From: Devosia sp. | GTDB taxonomy: Bacteria > Pseudomonadota > Alphaproteobacteria > Rhizobiales > Devosiaceae | Length of the DNA stretch: 64,000 nt | Reading direction: 5' to 3' | NCBI GenBank assembly: GCA_040081595.1 | Contig: JBEBGE010000008.1 | Location: 9,689-73,688 of the forward strand | Translations under genes and position numbers: made by a program | Part shown: positions 10,559 through 20,657 of the stretch, piece by piece | Layout: every line of letters starts with the position of its first letter | Position numbering within the stretch: the first letter of the stretch is position 1 | Notes under the pieces: model-generated | The model's database searches: none | What the model was told of the DNA's origin: nothing | What the model saw: the letters and a program-made list of their open reading frames with translations, nothing else

Positions 10559-11478
10559 GTACCCCCCGGCATTTCCTGACCCTAGAGGATTTCACCGAGG
10601 ACCAGCTGCGCGGCATGCTGGTCATCGCCAATGAGCTCAAGGCGCGGACCAGGCGCGGCGAGCGCACCGAGCTGCTGACCCACAAGATGCTGGCCATGAT
10701 CTTCGAAAAGCAGTCGACGCGGACCCGCGTCAGCTTCGATGTCGGCATGCGCCAGCTGGGCGGCGAGACCATGTTTCTCTCGGGCGCCGAAATGCAGCTT
10801 GCCCGCGAGGAAACCCTTGCCGACACTGCCCGCGTCATGAGCCGATATGTCGATGCCATCATGATCCGCATCCTCGATCACGACGACCTGCTCGATCTCG
10901 CTGGTGCCTCGTCGGTGCCGGTGATCAATGGCCTGACTCGCCGGGCCCATCCCTGCCAGGTCATGGCCGATATCCAGACCTTCGAGGAGCATCGCGGCCC
11001 GATCAAAGGCGCCAAGATCGCCTGGGTCGGCGACGCCAACAACGTGCTGGCGAGCTGGGTCCATGCGAGCAAGCTCTTCGGCAATCACTTCGCCATTGCC
11101 TGCCCGGACGAATATGGCCCGGACCAGGGCCTGCTCGCCGATATCAAGGAAGCCGGCCCGCATGTGACGCTGGGTGAGGATCCGCTGGTCGCGGTCAAGG
11201 ACGCCGACCTCATCATCACCGATACGTGGGTGTCGATGGGCGACACCGACGTTTCCGATCGCCGCAAGACCTTGAAACCCTATCGGGTCGACACCAACTT
11301 GATGCGCCTGGCGGACAAGGATGCATTGTTCATGCATTGCCTGCCGGCCCACCGCGGCGACGAAGTGACCGACGAGGTCATAGACGGGCCGCAATCGGTG
11401 GTTTTCGATGAAGCCGAAAACCGCCTCCACGCACAAAAGGCGATCCTCTGCTGGGTCTTCGGGATCGATAGAGTCTAG
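10555..11478 (+). CDS. argF: ornithine carbamoyltransferase
   Basis: [12 protein letters not shown] and HCLPAH motifs. ATGA overlap with the argD stop. The upstream part of the long track ORF is an out-of-frame overlap with argD. Confidence 0.9.
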   Translation: MSTPRHFLTLEDFTEDQLRGMLVIANELKARTRRGERTELLTHKMLAMIFEKQSTRTRVSFDVGMRQLGGETMFLSGAEMQLAREETLADTARVMSRYVDAIMIRILDHDDLLDLAGASSVPVINGLTRRAHPCQVMADIQTFEEHRGPIKGAKIAWVGDANNVLASWVHASKLFGNHFAIACPDEYGPDQGLLADIKEAGPHVTLGEDPLVAVKDADLIITDTWVSMGDTDVSDRRKTLKPYRVDTNLMRLADKDALFMHCLPAHRGDEVTDEVIDGPQSVVFDEAENRLHAQKAILCWVFGIDRV

Positions 11479-11540
11479 TTTTTCGTTTGTCGCGCTTCCG
11501 AACCGGGAAACCGACGTACACTTTTCCTGGAAGCGCTCCT

Positions 11541-12560
11541 ATGCCGGAATTGCAGCTGACTGAATATGGCCTCGATCGCCCTGAGAGCGGCGACGACGTC
11601 GTGGTTCCCTTCACGCTCGAAAACCTCGATTGCCGCGGCCGCTCGGTGCGCCTGGCCGATGCGCTCGACGCCATCCTCAACCGTCACAACTACCCGGCGC
11701 CGGTCGCGAGGCTCTTGGGTGAGGCGGTGGTACTGGCGGCCCTGATCGGCTCCTCGCTCAAGTTCGAGGGCAAGTTCATCCTCCAGACCCAGACCGACGG
11801 GCCGGTGAACCTGATCGTCGTCGATCTCGATGCGCCTGATGGCCTGCGCGGCTATGCCCGCTTCGACGCAGATGCAGTGCAGAAGGCGGTCGAACGCGGC
11901 GAGACGCGTCCGGGTCAATTGCTGGGCCGCGGTCACCTCGCCATGACCGTCGACCAGGGCGTCCATATGGAGCGCTATCAGGGCATCGTCGCGCTCGAAG
12001 GCGGCTCGCTCGAGGACGTGGCGCACACCTATTTCAAGCAGTCCGAACAGGTGCCGACCCTGGTGCGGCTCGCGGTCGCGCAACTGACGCTCAAGGGCCA
12101 AAGACGGCCCCATTGGCGTGCCGGCGGCATGCTGGTCCAATACCTGCCGCCGCATGGCGCGCGGACCATGCCGGACCTGCCGGGCGACGGCAATTTCGAC
12201 AATCCGGAAACCGCCGACCGCTCCTTCGAAGAGAGCGACAAGTGGACCGAGGCACGCGCGTTGCTCGCAACCATCTCTGACGAGGAATTGGCCGATCCCG
12301 CCGTTTCACCCGAGCGGCTGCTGTTCCGGCTCTTCCACGAGACCGGTGCCCGCGTCTTCGAGCCCATGCCGCTCGAAGAGCGCTGCACCTGCTCGGCCGA
12401 CCGCATCGAAGCGATGCTCCGCGACAATTTCTCCGCCGAGGACCGGCAGGAAATGGTCGTCAACGGCGAAATCGAAGTGGTCTGCGAGTTCTGCTCGGCC
12501 GACTATCACTTCCGCGCCGACGAGTTCGAGGAGCCGCACGGCCACGCGCACTGGGCCTAG
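11541..12560 (+). CDS. hslO: redox-regulated chaperone Hsp33
   Basis: C-terminal zinc centre CTCS...CEFC. Hsp33-like core. Start uncertain. Confidence 0.8.
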   Translation: MPELQLTEYGLDRPESGDDVVVPFTLENLDCRGRSVRLADALDAILNRHNYPAPVARLLGEAVVLAALIGSSLKFEGKFILQTQTDGPVNLIVVDLDAPDGLRGYARFDADAVQKAVERGETRPGQLLGRGHLAMTVDQGVHMERYQGIVALEGGSLEDVAHTYFKQSEQVPTLVRLAVAQLTLKGQRRPHWRAGGMLVQYLPPHGARTMPDLPGDGNFDNPETADRSFEESDKWTEARALLATISDEELADPAVSPERLLFRLFHETGARVFEPMPLEERCTCSADRIEAMLRDNFSAEDRQEMVVNGEIEVVCEFCSADYHFRADEFEEPHGHAHWA

Positions 12561-14506
12561 TCCGTCGCCAGCGCCACCACCGGGTCGAGCCTGGCCGCCG
12601 AGCGGGCGGGCATGAACCCGAATCCGATCCCGGTGAGCGTCGAGGCGGCAAAGGCGGCGATGATCGTGACCGGCGAATAGATCATCGTCAGTCCCTGGAC
12701 GAAGGTGCTGATGGTCGCGCCGATGCCGAAGGAAAGTGCGACCCCGATCGTGCCGCCGACGAGGCAGACGAGAACAGCCTCGATCAGGAATTGCTGCATG
12801 ATGTCGCCCTGCCGGGCACCCACCGCCATGCGGACGCCGATTTCGCGGGTACGCTCGCGCACCGACACCAGCATGATGTTCATGACCCCGATGCCGCCCA
12901 CGATCAGCGAGATCACGGCGATGGCCGAGATCTGAAGGGTCAGCGCCGCCGATGTGCTCTGGATCGTCTCGCGAATGGTGTCGGTGTTCTGGAGACTGAA
13001 ATCGGTAAGGCCGTGGCGGGAGAGGAGCAGGGCGCCGATCTCGAGCTGCGCCTGGTCGATATCGGCATCGTCGGCGATCCGCACCGTGATGGTCGAGAGC
13101 CAGCTTTGCCCCAGTATCCGCGACATCGCGGTGGTGTATGGGACCCAGATCGCGATATTGTTCGATTGCGGCCCGAAATTATTGGTGCTGGCCGCGACCA
13201 CGCCGATGATCCGCGCCGGCACCTTGCCGATCAGGATGACGCGGCCGATAGGGTCTTCGCCGTCGGGGAACAGCGTGTCGCGCGCCTTGGTGTCGATCAC
13301 CGCTTCCTGCGCCAGCGCCGCAACGCCCTCTGTATTGAACGCGACACCCTGGACGAAGCCGCGATTGCCGACGCGGAACACGTCCGGCCCGGCGCCGGTT
13401 ACCTGCGCACTGGCCGAAATGCTGCCGTACCGGACGGTCGCGTTGGCCGAAACCTGCGGCGTGACGCTGTCGGCATAAGGCTGTTCGGCCAGCGCCTCGG
13501 CGTCGGCGGGCACCAGCGTGCGGATATTGTTGCCGCGCCGGTCCGCAGCGCTTGCTCCAGGCAGCACGTTGATGGTGTTGGTGCCGATATTGCTGATGCG
13601 ATCCAGCACCTGCTTCTGCGTGCCCTGGCCCAGCGCCACAACCGTTACCACGGAGGCGATGCCGATGACGATGCCGAGCATTGTGAGGATGGCACGCAAC
13701 CTGTGACTCCAGAGCGACCTCAATGCCATCGCGAAGGCTTCGGCGCTGCGCTCAAGCGCCTGCCGCCAGCGTGGAATCCGGCGGATCGAGACATCCTTGA
13801 GGGCCGCACTGGCGATCTTCGCGTTCGGCCGGTCCGAGACGATGACGCCGTCGCTGATTTCGATGATGCGATCGGTCTGGGCCGCAATGGCGGCATCATG
13901 GGTCACGATGATGATTGTGTGGCCCTCGACGTGAAGCTCCTTGAGCAGCACCAGCATTTCCTTGCCGCTGCGGCTGTCGAGTGCTCCGGTGGGTTCATCG
14001 GCGAGAATGATCTCGCCGCCATTCATCAGCGCCCGCGCGATGCTGACACGCTGCTGTTGTCCGCCCGACAGCGCCGACGGCCGATGGCCGAGCCGGTCGG
14101 CGAGCCCGAGGCGAGCGAGCAGGTCGCGGGCGCGATCCCGTCGTGCCGCACGCCGCGCGCCGGCATAGATCGCGGGAATTTCGACATTTTCAAGCGCGTC
14201 GAGATCGGCGAGCAATTGGTAGCGCTGGAAGATGAAACCGAAATGCTCACGCCTGAGTTCCGCCAGCGCATCCGGGCCAAGCCGCGCGACGTCGCGGCCT
14301 GCGAGCCGATACGTACCGGTCCAGCCATTGTCGAGGCAGCCCAGCACATTCATCAACGTCGATTTGCCCGAGCCGGACTGGCCGACAATGGCGACCAGTT
14401 CCCCGGCGGTGATGGTGAGGTCGACCCGCTTGAGGGCGGCGATGGTCTCGCTGCCGGCGGCGAACTCGCGCGTCAGTCCGCGGATCTCGATGAGCGCTTC
14501 GGTCAT
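12557..14506 (-). CDS. macB: MacB-type ABC exporter (fused ATPase and FtsX permease)
   Basis: [18 protein letters not shown] and ILADEP at the N-terminus. Four-TM FtsX-like C-terminus with a large periplasmic loop. Confidence 0.85.
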   Translation of the reverse strand: MTEALIEIRGLTREFAAGSETIAALKRVDLTITAGELVAIVGQSGSGKSTLMNVLGCLDNGWTGTYRLAGRDVARLGPDALAELRREHFGFIFQRYQLLADLDALENVEIPAIYAGARRAARRDRARDLLARLGLADRLGHRPSALSGGQQQRVSIARALMNGGEIILADEPTGALDSRSGKEMLVLLKELHVEGHTIIIVTHDAAIAAQTDRIIEISDGVIVSDRPNAKIASAALKDVSIRRIPRWRQALERSAEAFAMALRSLWSHRLRAILTMLGIVIGIASVVTVVALGQGTQKQVLDRISNIGTNTINVLPGASAADRRGNNIRTLVPADAEALAEQPYADSVTPQVSANATVRYGSISASAQVTGAGPDVFRVGNRGFVQGVAFNTEGVAALAQEAVIDTKARDTLFPDGEDPIGRVILIGKVPARIIGVVAASTNNFGPQSNNIAIWVPYTTAMSRILGQSWLSTITVRIADDADIDQAQLEIGALLLSRHGLTDFSLQNTDTIRETIQSTSAALTLQISAIAVISLIVGGIGVMNIMLVSVRERTREIGVRMAVGARQGDIMQQFLIEAVLVCLVGGTIGVALSFGIGATISTFVQGLTMIYSPVTIIAAFAASTLTGIGFGFMPARSAARLDPVVALATD

Positions 14507-14519
14507 CGGCTCGGCCTCC

Positions 14520-15743
14520 TCAGAGCGGCGGCCCGCCGCCACCGAAAAAGACGCGTGCGCCCCCACCGGCATTGCCGCCCGAATTGGCGTTGCCGCCGGC
14601 GGCCGGAGTCGGGAGGACGACGACTTCGCCCTCGTTCACACCCGATTTGATCTCGGCGACGACATTGTTGTTGAGGCCGACTTCGACCTTGCGCTCCTCG
14701 CTCGTGCCGAGTTGGGCGTTCCAGACTTTGAGCGAATAGTCGGCGCGGCCCGCTCGCGTCAGCGCGGTCGATGGAACGGTCAGCACGTTGTCGACCGCCT
14801 CGAGGACGATCGTGACCTGTGCCGTCATCGAGATGCGCAGCATGTGATCCGGATTGGCTACGTCGAACAGGCCGTTGTAGTAGACCGCGCCCGAAGTACT
14901 GGCGGTCGCACCGGCGCTGTCTGCAATGGATTCCGGTGCCGGCTCCACTGTCCTGAGTGTCGCTTCGATGGGCCGATTGGGCGCGCCCAGAATAGTGAAA
15001 TAGACCTTTTGGCCGGCTTTGACGCGTGGCACGTCGGCCTCGGAGATCTCCGCCTTCACCACCATGTTGTCGAGTTCGGCGATCTTGACGATGGTCGGCG
15101 TGCTGTTGCTGGCATTGACCGTCTGGCCGACCCCGACCTCGAGCGAGACGATGGTGCCGCTGGCGGGCGCAACGATGACGGTGCGGCTCAGATCGAGCTT
15201 GGCGGAGTCTACATTGAGCTCGGCCTGCTGCACCTGCGCGGCGAGCGCGTCCTTTTGTGCTTCCGCATTGGTCACGGCGAGTTGGGCGGCCTGATAGTCC
15301 GCGTCCGAAACCAGTTGCTGCGCCTGGAGCTGCTCGGAGCGGGTGAGGGCGGTGCGGGCCTGCGCCAAGGACGCCTCCTGCATCCGCTCCTGCGCCTTCG
15401 TGTTCGCGAGCGCCGCTTCCGCAGCCTTGACCGCATTCTCCTGATTAAGCGCATCGATCTCGGCGATGACGTCGCCTTCCATCACACTGTCGCCCAGGGC
15501 GACATTGAGTGCCTTGATGCGGCCCGAGACCTCGGCGCCGACGCTCACGAGCGCGGCCGCTTCGATGACGCCCGTGGCCAGAACCGTCCGCTCGACCGAG
15601 CCGCGCGTAACGGGGCTGGTCCGGGGCGCCAGTTGCTTGGTGGGCTGTGTGGTCCACATCCATGCCGCAATGCCCGCTCCTGCCAGAACGGCAAGCACCA
15701 GCGACCAGACAACCAACCGTCTCAAAATATGCCTCGCCAGCAT
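14520..15743 (-). CDS. macA: MacA / HlyD-family periplasmic adaptor
   Basis: N-terminal TM, coiled-coil hairpin (AQERMQEASLAQARTAL...), beta-barrel region, Gly-rich tail. SD GGAGG for macB lies 13 nt downstream. Confidence 0.8.
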   Translation of the reverse strand: MLARHILRRLVVWSLVLAVLAGAGIAAWMWTTQPTKQLAPRTSPVTRGSVERTVLATGVIEAAALVSVGAEVSGRIKALNVALGDSVMEGDVIAEIDALNQENAVKAAEAALANTKAQERMQEASLAQARTALTRSEQLQAQQLVSDADYQAAQLAVTNAEAQKDALAAQVQQAELNVDSAKLDLSRTVIVAPASGTIVSLEVGVGQTVNASNSTPTIVKIAELDNMVVKAEISEADVPRVKAGQKVYFTILGAPNRPIEATLRTVEPAPESIADSAGATASTSGAVYYNGLFDVANPDHMLRISMTAQVTIVLEAVDNVLTVPSTALTRAGRADYSLKVWNAQLGTSEERKVEVGLNNNVVAEIKSGVNEGEVVVLPTPAAGGNANSGGNAGGGARVFFGGGGPPL

Positions 15744-15850
15744 CGACCAATGCCGGACTGATAGGACGGGTTTGAGTGGCTGTCCCGTTAAGTCTTGGTA
15801 AGGCGGAGCGCGGGGGCTAAACTGGACTCGAAACCTGGAGGCGCCATCTA

Positions 15851-16546
15851 GTGGCCGACGCACAAGTTCCCGCAAGCGCCGTCGTGAGGTCACTCACCTC
15901 GCTCGGATTCGTCTTTGTCATCATGGCCGTGTTGCTCTTCCTCCCCGCGGGCACATTCAGCTGGCCGATCGGCTGGTGGTTCATCATCGCCTTCATCGGC
16001 GCGTGCCTGGTCTCCGTCGCGGCGTTGTGGTGGCTCAATCCGGAGATCTTCGTGGCGCGCTCGCGCATCCAGCGCGGCACCAAGCGGCAAGACTATATAT
16101 TCATCATTCTGATCGCGATCGGGTTCCTCGGCGTGCTGCCAGTCGCCGGTCTCGACTACCGTTTCGGCTGGTCGCACATGCCCACCTGGGTGATCGTTCT
16201 GGGCTATGTGATCTTTGTGCCGGGCTTTGTCGGCCAGGGCTGGTCGCAGGCGGTCAACCGTCATTTCGAACCCGGCGTCCGCATCCAGGAGGATCGTGGC
16301 CAGACGGTTATCGATACCGGCCCCTACGCGATCATGCGCCATCCCGGCTACACCTCGGGCGCTCTCTTCGCCATCTCGACTGCGCTGATGCTCGGCTCCT
16401 ACTGGGCGCTGATCCCGGCGCTGCTGGTCGGTGCGACGCTGGTGCCGCGCACCCTCTTCGAGGAAGAGACGCTGCGCACCGAGCTCCCCGGCTACACCGA
16501 ATACACGCGGCGCGTAAAATGGCGCTTCGTGCCTGGGGTTTGGTGA
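15851..16546 (+). CDS. membrane methyltransferase family protein (ICMT/PEMT-like)
   Basis: Multi-TM protein with C-terminal RHPGYTSGALF...EEETL...YTEYTRRV typical of isoprenylcysteine carboxyl methyltransferase-like enzymes. GTG start. Confidence 0.7.
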   Translation: MADAQVPASAVVRSLTSLGFVFVIMAVLLFLPAGTFSWPIGWWFIIAFIGACLVSVAALWWLNPEIFVARSRIQRGTKRQDYIFIILIAIGFLGVLPVAGLDYRFGWSHMPTWVIVLGYVIFVPGFVGQGWSQAVNRHFEPGVRIQEDRGQTVIDTGPYAIMRHPGYTSGALFAISTALMLGSYWALIPALLVGATLVPRTLFEEETLRTELPGYTEYTRRVKWRFVPGVW

Positions 16547-16560
16547 GCGCAGCGGCAACA

Positions 16561-16700
16561 CCTCCCACTTGACGGGGGAGGTACCGAAGCTCGGACCGAA
16601 TGGTCCGTAGCGCAGGTTGGAGTGGGCGTGGGGCCGATGGGGTCCGAGCGTATGGCTCTCACCACCCTAGCAGCGCTACCCTCCCCGCGACGGGGGAGGG
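16561..16700. repeat. pair of related GC hairpins (REP-like) between convergent genes
   Basis: CCTCCCacttgacGGGGGAGG (16561-16581) and CCCTCCCCgcgacGGGGGAGGG (16679-16700). Both share the core GACGGGGGAGG. Confidence 0.45.
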
Positions 16701-16709
16701 TGAAGGCTG

Positions 16710-17915
16710 CTAGATCTGGTCCAGCCCGTAAGCGAGGTCCTTGATCAGGTCGTCCGGATTTTCGAGTCCGACGCTGAGCCGTAGCAGCCCCGGCGTGATA
16801 CCGCTTTCGAGTCGTATCTCTTCGGTGAAGCGTTGATGCGTCGTCGTTCCCGGATGGGTGATCAGTGACTTCGCGTCGCCCAGATTGTTGGAAATCAGGA
16901 TGACATTGAGCGAGTCCGAGAGCTTGAACGCCGCCTCGCGTCCACCCTTCACATCGATCGCAATCAGTGTCGAGCCGCTCGCCATCTGGCGCTTGGCCAG
17001 CTCATATTGCGGATGCGACTTGAGGAACGGATAGGCGACCCGCGCGATCTTGGGATGGCCGTCGAGGAACGAAGCGACCTTGGCCGCACTTTCGCTCATC
17101 TGCCTGACGCGCAGCGGCATCGTCTCCAGCGCCTTGAGCAGCACCCAGGCGTTGAACGGTGAGAGCGACGGCCCGGTTTGCCTCAAGAGCGTATGGACAT
17201 CGCCCTCGATAAGTTCCCTGGACCCGAGCACCACGCCGCCCAGCGTGCGGCCCTGGCCATCGATATGCTTGGTCGCCGAATAGGTGACGAGATCGGCGCC
17301 CAGCTTCAGCGGATGCTGATAGAGCGCGGTGGCGAAGACGTTGTCGACAATGAGCCTCGCGCCATGCGCTTTGGCGATCTTGGAGACAGCGGCGATATCC
17401 ACCAGCTCCAGTGTCGGGTTGGTCGGCGTCTCGATGAAGATGATCTTGGTATTGGGCCGCATTGCCGCTTCGAAATTGGCCGGGTCGCGCCCATCAACGA
17501 GCGTCGAGGGCACGCCGAACCGCGGCATCAGGTCTTCGACCACATAGCGGCAGCCGCCGAACAGCGCCCGCGCCGCAACGATGTGGTCGCCGGCCCGTAC
17601 CTGGCTCATCACCGCTGCGGTGACCGCCGCCATGCCGGTCGAGAACGCCCGCGCCGCCTCGGCGCCTTCGAGCAGCGCCATGCGGTTCTGGAACATATCG
17701 AGCGTCGGGTTCGCGAAGCGCGAGTAGTTGTGCCCCTCGATCTTGTGGGTAAAAATGTCCTCGGCATGCTGCGAACTCGGATAGGCGTAGCCCGAGTTGA
17801 GAAAGATCGCTTCGCTCGTCTCGTTGAACTGCGAACGCGCGCCGCCGCCATGGACGAGCTGCGTCTCTGCCGACCACGACTTGGGGTCGGCCAGCGGGTT
17901 CTTCGGGTCAGACAT
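16710..17915 (-). CDS. metZ: O-succinylhomoserine sulfhydrylase (Cys/Met-metabolism PLP enzyme)
   Basis: PLP-lysine context YSATKHIDGQGR. Family-typical N-terminus (TQLVHGG). SAM-II element upstream. Start at MSDPKN preceded by GGAG. Confidence 0.85.
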   Translation of the reverse strand: MSDPKNPLADPKSWSAETQLVHGGGARSQFNETSEAIFLNSGYAYPSSQHAEDIFTHKIEGHNYSRFANPTLDMFQNRMALLEGAEAARAFSTGMAAVTAAVMSQVRAGDHIVAARALFGGCRYVVEDLMPRFGVPSTLVDGRDPANFEAAMRPNTKIIFIETPTNPTLELVDIAAVSKIAKAHGARLIVDNVFATALYQHPLKLGADLVTYSATKHIDGQGRTLGGVVLGSRELIEGDVHTLLRQTGPSLSPFNAWVLLKALETMPLRVRQMSESAAKVASFLDGHPKIARVAYPFLKSHPQYELAKRQMASGSTLIAIDVKGGREAAFKLSDSLNVILISNNLGDAKSLITHPGTTTHQRFTEEIRLESGITPGLLRLSVGLENPDDLIKDLAYGLDQI

Positions 17916-17929
17916 TCTCGGTGGACTCC

Positions 17930-17962
17930 AAAACAAAAAAGGCCGGCGCGGTGGCCAGCCTT
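17930..17962 (-). terminator. intrinsic terminator forming the expression platform of the metZ leader
   Basis: Minus strand: AAGGCTGGC-caccgc-GCCGGCCTT followed by TTTTGTTTT, 15 nt before the metZ ATG. Confidence 0.5.
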
Positions 17963-17972
17963 CGACGGTCGA

Positions 17973-18020
17973 CTTTAGCTATTTGTTTTAAGTGGCTGCA
18001 ATCAGACCGGCCAAATCACC
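17973..18020 (-). ncRNA. SAM-II (SAM_alpha) riboswitch aptamer
   Basis: Minus strand: GGUGAUUUGGCCGGUCUGAUUGCAGCCACUUAAAACAAAUAGCUAAAG. This matches my recollection of the SAM-II consensus (GAUUUGGC...UUGCAGCCAC...AAA...GCUAAAG). Located upstream of metZ. Confidence 0.6.
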
Positions 18021-18082
18021 ACTGGGAGGGCTTTAAATCACTCGCATGCGCCGGTCAATCGGAGGCCCTTTCGCGGGCCCAT

Positions 18083-18185
18083 CCACCGTCATCCACGGGC
18101 TTGACCCGGGGCCCGGCCGCGCCTTCCCCGCTCCCAAGCAGCAGGTTTGGCTGGGTGGCCGGGTCAAGCTCGGCCATGACGGTGG
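18083..18185. repeat. MITE/REP-like inverted-repeat element
   Basis: About 29-nt imperfect inverted arms, CCACCGTCATCCACGGGCTTGACCCGG... and ...CCGGGTCAAGCTCGGCCATGACGGTGG, in the metZ-dcd intergenic region. Confidence 0.45.
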
Positions 18186-18249
18186 AGAGAGCGAGGATCG
18201 AACGATTTCCCGCTTCCGCTGGAATGACCCTGTGACTAAACAGGCTTCC

Positions 18250-19356
18250 ATGGGCAATGAATCTTGGATTCCCGGTGTCTTTCCCGCGCGCTTCATCGAA
18301 CGCCTGCGCGAGCGCGGCCATATCGTGGCGCCGCCCTTCGACGCCGATCAGGTGCAGCCGGCGAGCCTCGATCTGCGGCTCGGCGACACCGCCTACCGGG
18401 TCCGCTCGAGCTTCCTGCCCGGCCCGGAACAGACCGTCCATGAGCGTATCAAATCCCTCGAGCTGCACCGGCTTGATCTGACCAATGGCGCCGTGCTCGA
18501 ACGCGGCTGCGTCTATCTCGTGCCGCTGCTCGAAAGCCTGTCGCTCCCGCCCGAGGTCAGCGCCGGCGCCAACCCCAAGAGCTCGACCGGCCGCCTCGAC
18601 GTCTTTACCCGCGTCATCGGCGATCGCGCCCGCGGCTTCGACACCCTGCAGGCCGGCTACGAAGGTCCGCTCTATCTCGAAATCTCGCCGCGCACTTTTC
18701 CCGTCCGCGTGCGGCGCGGCTCACGCCTCAGCCAGATCCGCTTCCGCGTCGGCGATACGCGGCTCAGCATCGCCGAGCACCAGCGCCTGCATGAAGCCGA
18801 TACGCTGGTCTTCGATGCCAATGAGGATGTGGGGCTCGGCGTCGCGCTGTCGATCGACCTGAAGGGCGAGGGCAGGGGCGGCCTCATCGGCTTCCGCTCG
18901 AAGCGGCACACCCCGGTCATCGACATGGATATCAAGGACACGCTCGATGTCCTCGACTATTGGGAGCCGCTGATCAATCGCGGCTCGGACGAGTTCATTC
19001 TCGACCCTGATGAGTTCTACATTCTCGTCTCCCGCGAGAGCGTCCATGTCCCGCCCGCCTTCGCCGCCGAAATGGTGCCCTTCGATCCGCTGGTCGGCGA
19101 ATTCCGCGTCCACTATGCCGGGTTCTTCGACCCGGGCTTCGGCCATTCCGCCGCCGGCGGAACTGGCAGCCGCGCTGTGCTCGAAGTGAGGAGCCGCGAA
19201 GTCCCGTTCCTTCTCGGCCACGGCCAGACCATCGGCCGGCTGATCTATGAGCGGCTGACCGAACCGCCAGACCGCCTCTACGGCACCGGCCTCGGCTCCA
19301 ACTACCAGGCCCAGACGCTCAAGCTGAGCAAGCATTTCCGGCCCTACGCGCTGTGA
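18250..19356 (+). CDS. dcd: 2'-deoxycytidine 5'-triphosphate deaminase (long form)
   Basis: dCTP-deaminase/dUTPase-like fold blocks ([33 protein letters not shown]). Start moved past the repeat element to MGNESW. Confidence 0.8.
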   Translation: MGNESWIPGVFPARFIERLRERGHIVAPPFDADQVQPASLDLRLGDTAYRVRSSFLPGPEQTVHERIKSLELHRLDLTNGAVLERGCVYLVPLLESLSLPPEVSAGANPKSSTGRLDVFTRVIGDRARGFDTLQAGYEGPLYLEISPRTFPVRVRRGSRLSQIRFRVGDTRLSIAEHQRLHEADTLVFDANEDVGLGVALSIDLKGEGRGGLIGFRSKRHTPVIDMDIKDTLDVLDYWEPLINRGSDEFILDPDEFYILVSRESVHVPPAFAAEMVPFDPLVGEFRVHYAGFFDPGFGHSAAGGTGSRAVLEVRSREVPFLLGHGQTIGRLIYERLTEPPDRLYGTGLGSNYQAQTLKLSKHFRPYAL

Positions 19357-20174
19357 CCGGCAAGCTCCTCGTCCTCCAATCGTTGTGGTCAATGCAGGGG
19401 CTGCGTGGCGGGGAGAAATCGCTCGAGGCCAATGTCGCGCAAATCGCGGCTGCCGGATTCGATGGTCTCGCGACGCTCTGGATCGATCGCGAAGAGGCGC
19501 GGCGGGTCCTGGCGCTGGCAAAGCCGGCCGGACTTGCGGTCGAGGGGCTCTGCTTTCCGACCGATATCGATGGTCTCCGGCCCGCGCTTGAATGGGGCGC
19601 CGAGTTCGGGGTGCATCACCTCAATATCCAGCCCAATCTCCGGCCACGTTCGCTCGCCGAAGCCGTGCGCGTGGCCGAAGGATGGCTGCGGCTGACCGAA
19701 GAGGTGGACTTCCCGGTCCGTGTAGAAACTCATCGCGACCGGATGACCAATGATCTTCATTTCACGCTCGATCTGCTCGATGCGTTGCCTGAGCTGTCGC
19801 TCACCGCCGATCTTTCGCACTATGTCGTCGGCCGCGAGATTCCGCTGCCGGTCTCCGATGAGATCGCCGCGCAGATGGACGCCATCATTGCCCGGGCCGA
19901 TGGCTGGCACGGACGGGTCGCCAGTTCCGAACAGGTGCAGATTCCGCTCGGCTTTGCGGCGAGCGCGCCCTGGATCCATCAATTCGAGGCCTGGTGGCGG
20001 ACGGGCTTTGAGACCTGGCGCAAGCGCGCCGCCGCCGATGACGAACTCACCTTCCTCTGCGAGCTCGGCCCCCAGCCCTACGCCATTTCCGGCGCTGATG
20101 GTTTCGATCTCACCGACCGCTGGAAGGAATCGCTGGAGCTTGCGGCAATCGCCCGCCGGCTCTGGACGCTTTAG
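19353..20174 (+). CDS. sugar phosphate isomerase/epimerase (xylose-isomerase-like TIM barrel) family protein
   Basis: About 270-aa TIM-barrel-like pattern ([23 protein letters not shown]). GTGA overlap with the dcd stop. Confidence 0.6.
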   Translation: MTGKLLVLQSLWSMQGLRGGEKSLEANVAQIAAAGFDGLATLWIDREEARRVLALAKPAGLAVEGLCFPTDIDGLRPALEWGAEFGVHHLNIQPNLRPRSLAEAVRVAEGWLRLTEEVDFPVRVETHRDRMTNDLHFTLDLLDALPELSLTADLSHYVVGREIPLPVSDEIAAQMDAIIARADGWHGRVASSEQVQIPLGFAASAPWIHQFEAWWRTGFETWRKRAAADDELTFLCELGPQPYAISGADGFDLTDRWKESLELAAIARRLWTL

Positions 20175-20482
20175 CCGGCGCCGCCGATCATTCGCCGCCA
20201 CAGCGGACGGCGCTGCCGCTGATTGCCGCGGCCGACTACTTCTGCCAGCGCACCATAAAGCCCGCCGATCCGCCCTGCGATTTCGCTTCCATCATAACGG
20301 CGCCTCACCACCACATCCGCATAATGGCGGAGGTTGAGCGTTGGCCAGTACTCGTGTGGAAGAGTAGCAAACAACAACAATGAACCGTCGCGAGCCACAC
20401 GCATGGTCCACTGATACGACAGGTTGGTCCCATATGTCTCGCAATGGATAAAGCCCAAGCACTCTGCCGGTGCAAACCGCAC
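20171..20482 (-). CDS. hypothetical protein (weak call)
   Basis: Only open frame in a 480-bp lower-GC gap. GTG start, atypical third-position composition, no recognisable motif. Confidence 0.25.
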   Translation of the reverse strand: MRFAPAECLGFIHCETYGTNLSYQWTMRVARDGSLLLFATLPHEYWPTLNLRHYADVVVRRRYDGSEIAGRIGGLYGALAEVVGRGNQRQRRPLWRRMIGGAG

Positions 20483-20657
20483 GCATATGATGCCAGGATA
20501 TCTTGTCTTGCCGGCGGATGGTTCTCACCCGCGAAGTCTTGGCAACCGCCCTAATCCTTGTCAAATCCCGGGCGCGCTTGATCGGGGTCAAGGAAAAGCC
20601 GTACATCTTTCCTATCCCAAGAAAATGCGTTCCCACATTTCCGACAGGATAGCCGCC

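Noticed and set aside
12791-15761. 619-aa and 509-aa plus-strand ORFs opposite macB and macA
   Set aside because: They are antisense to genes with full ABC/FtsX and HlyD signatures. The composition is repetitive and Arg/Asp/Gly-rich.
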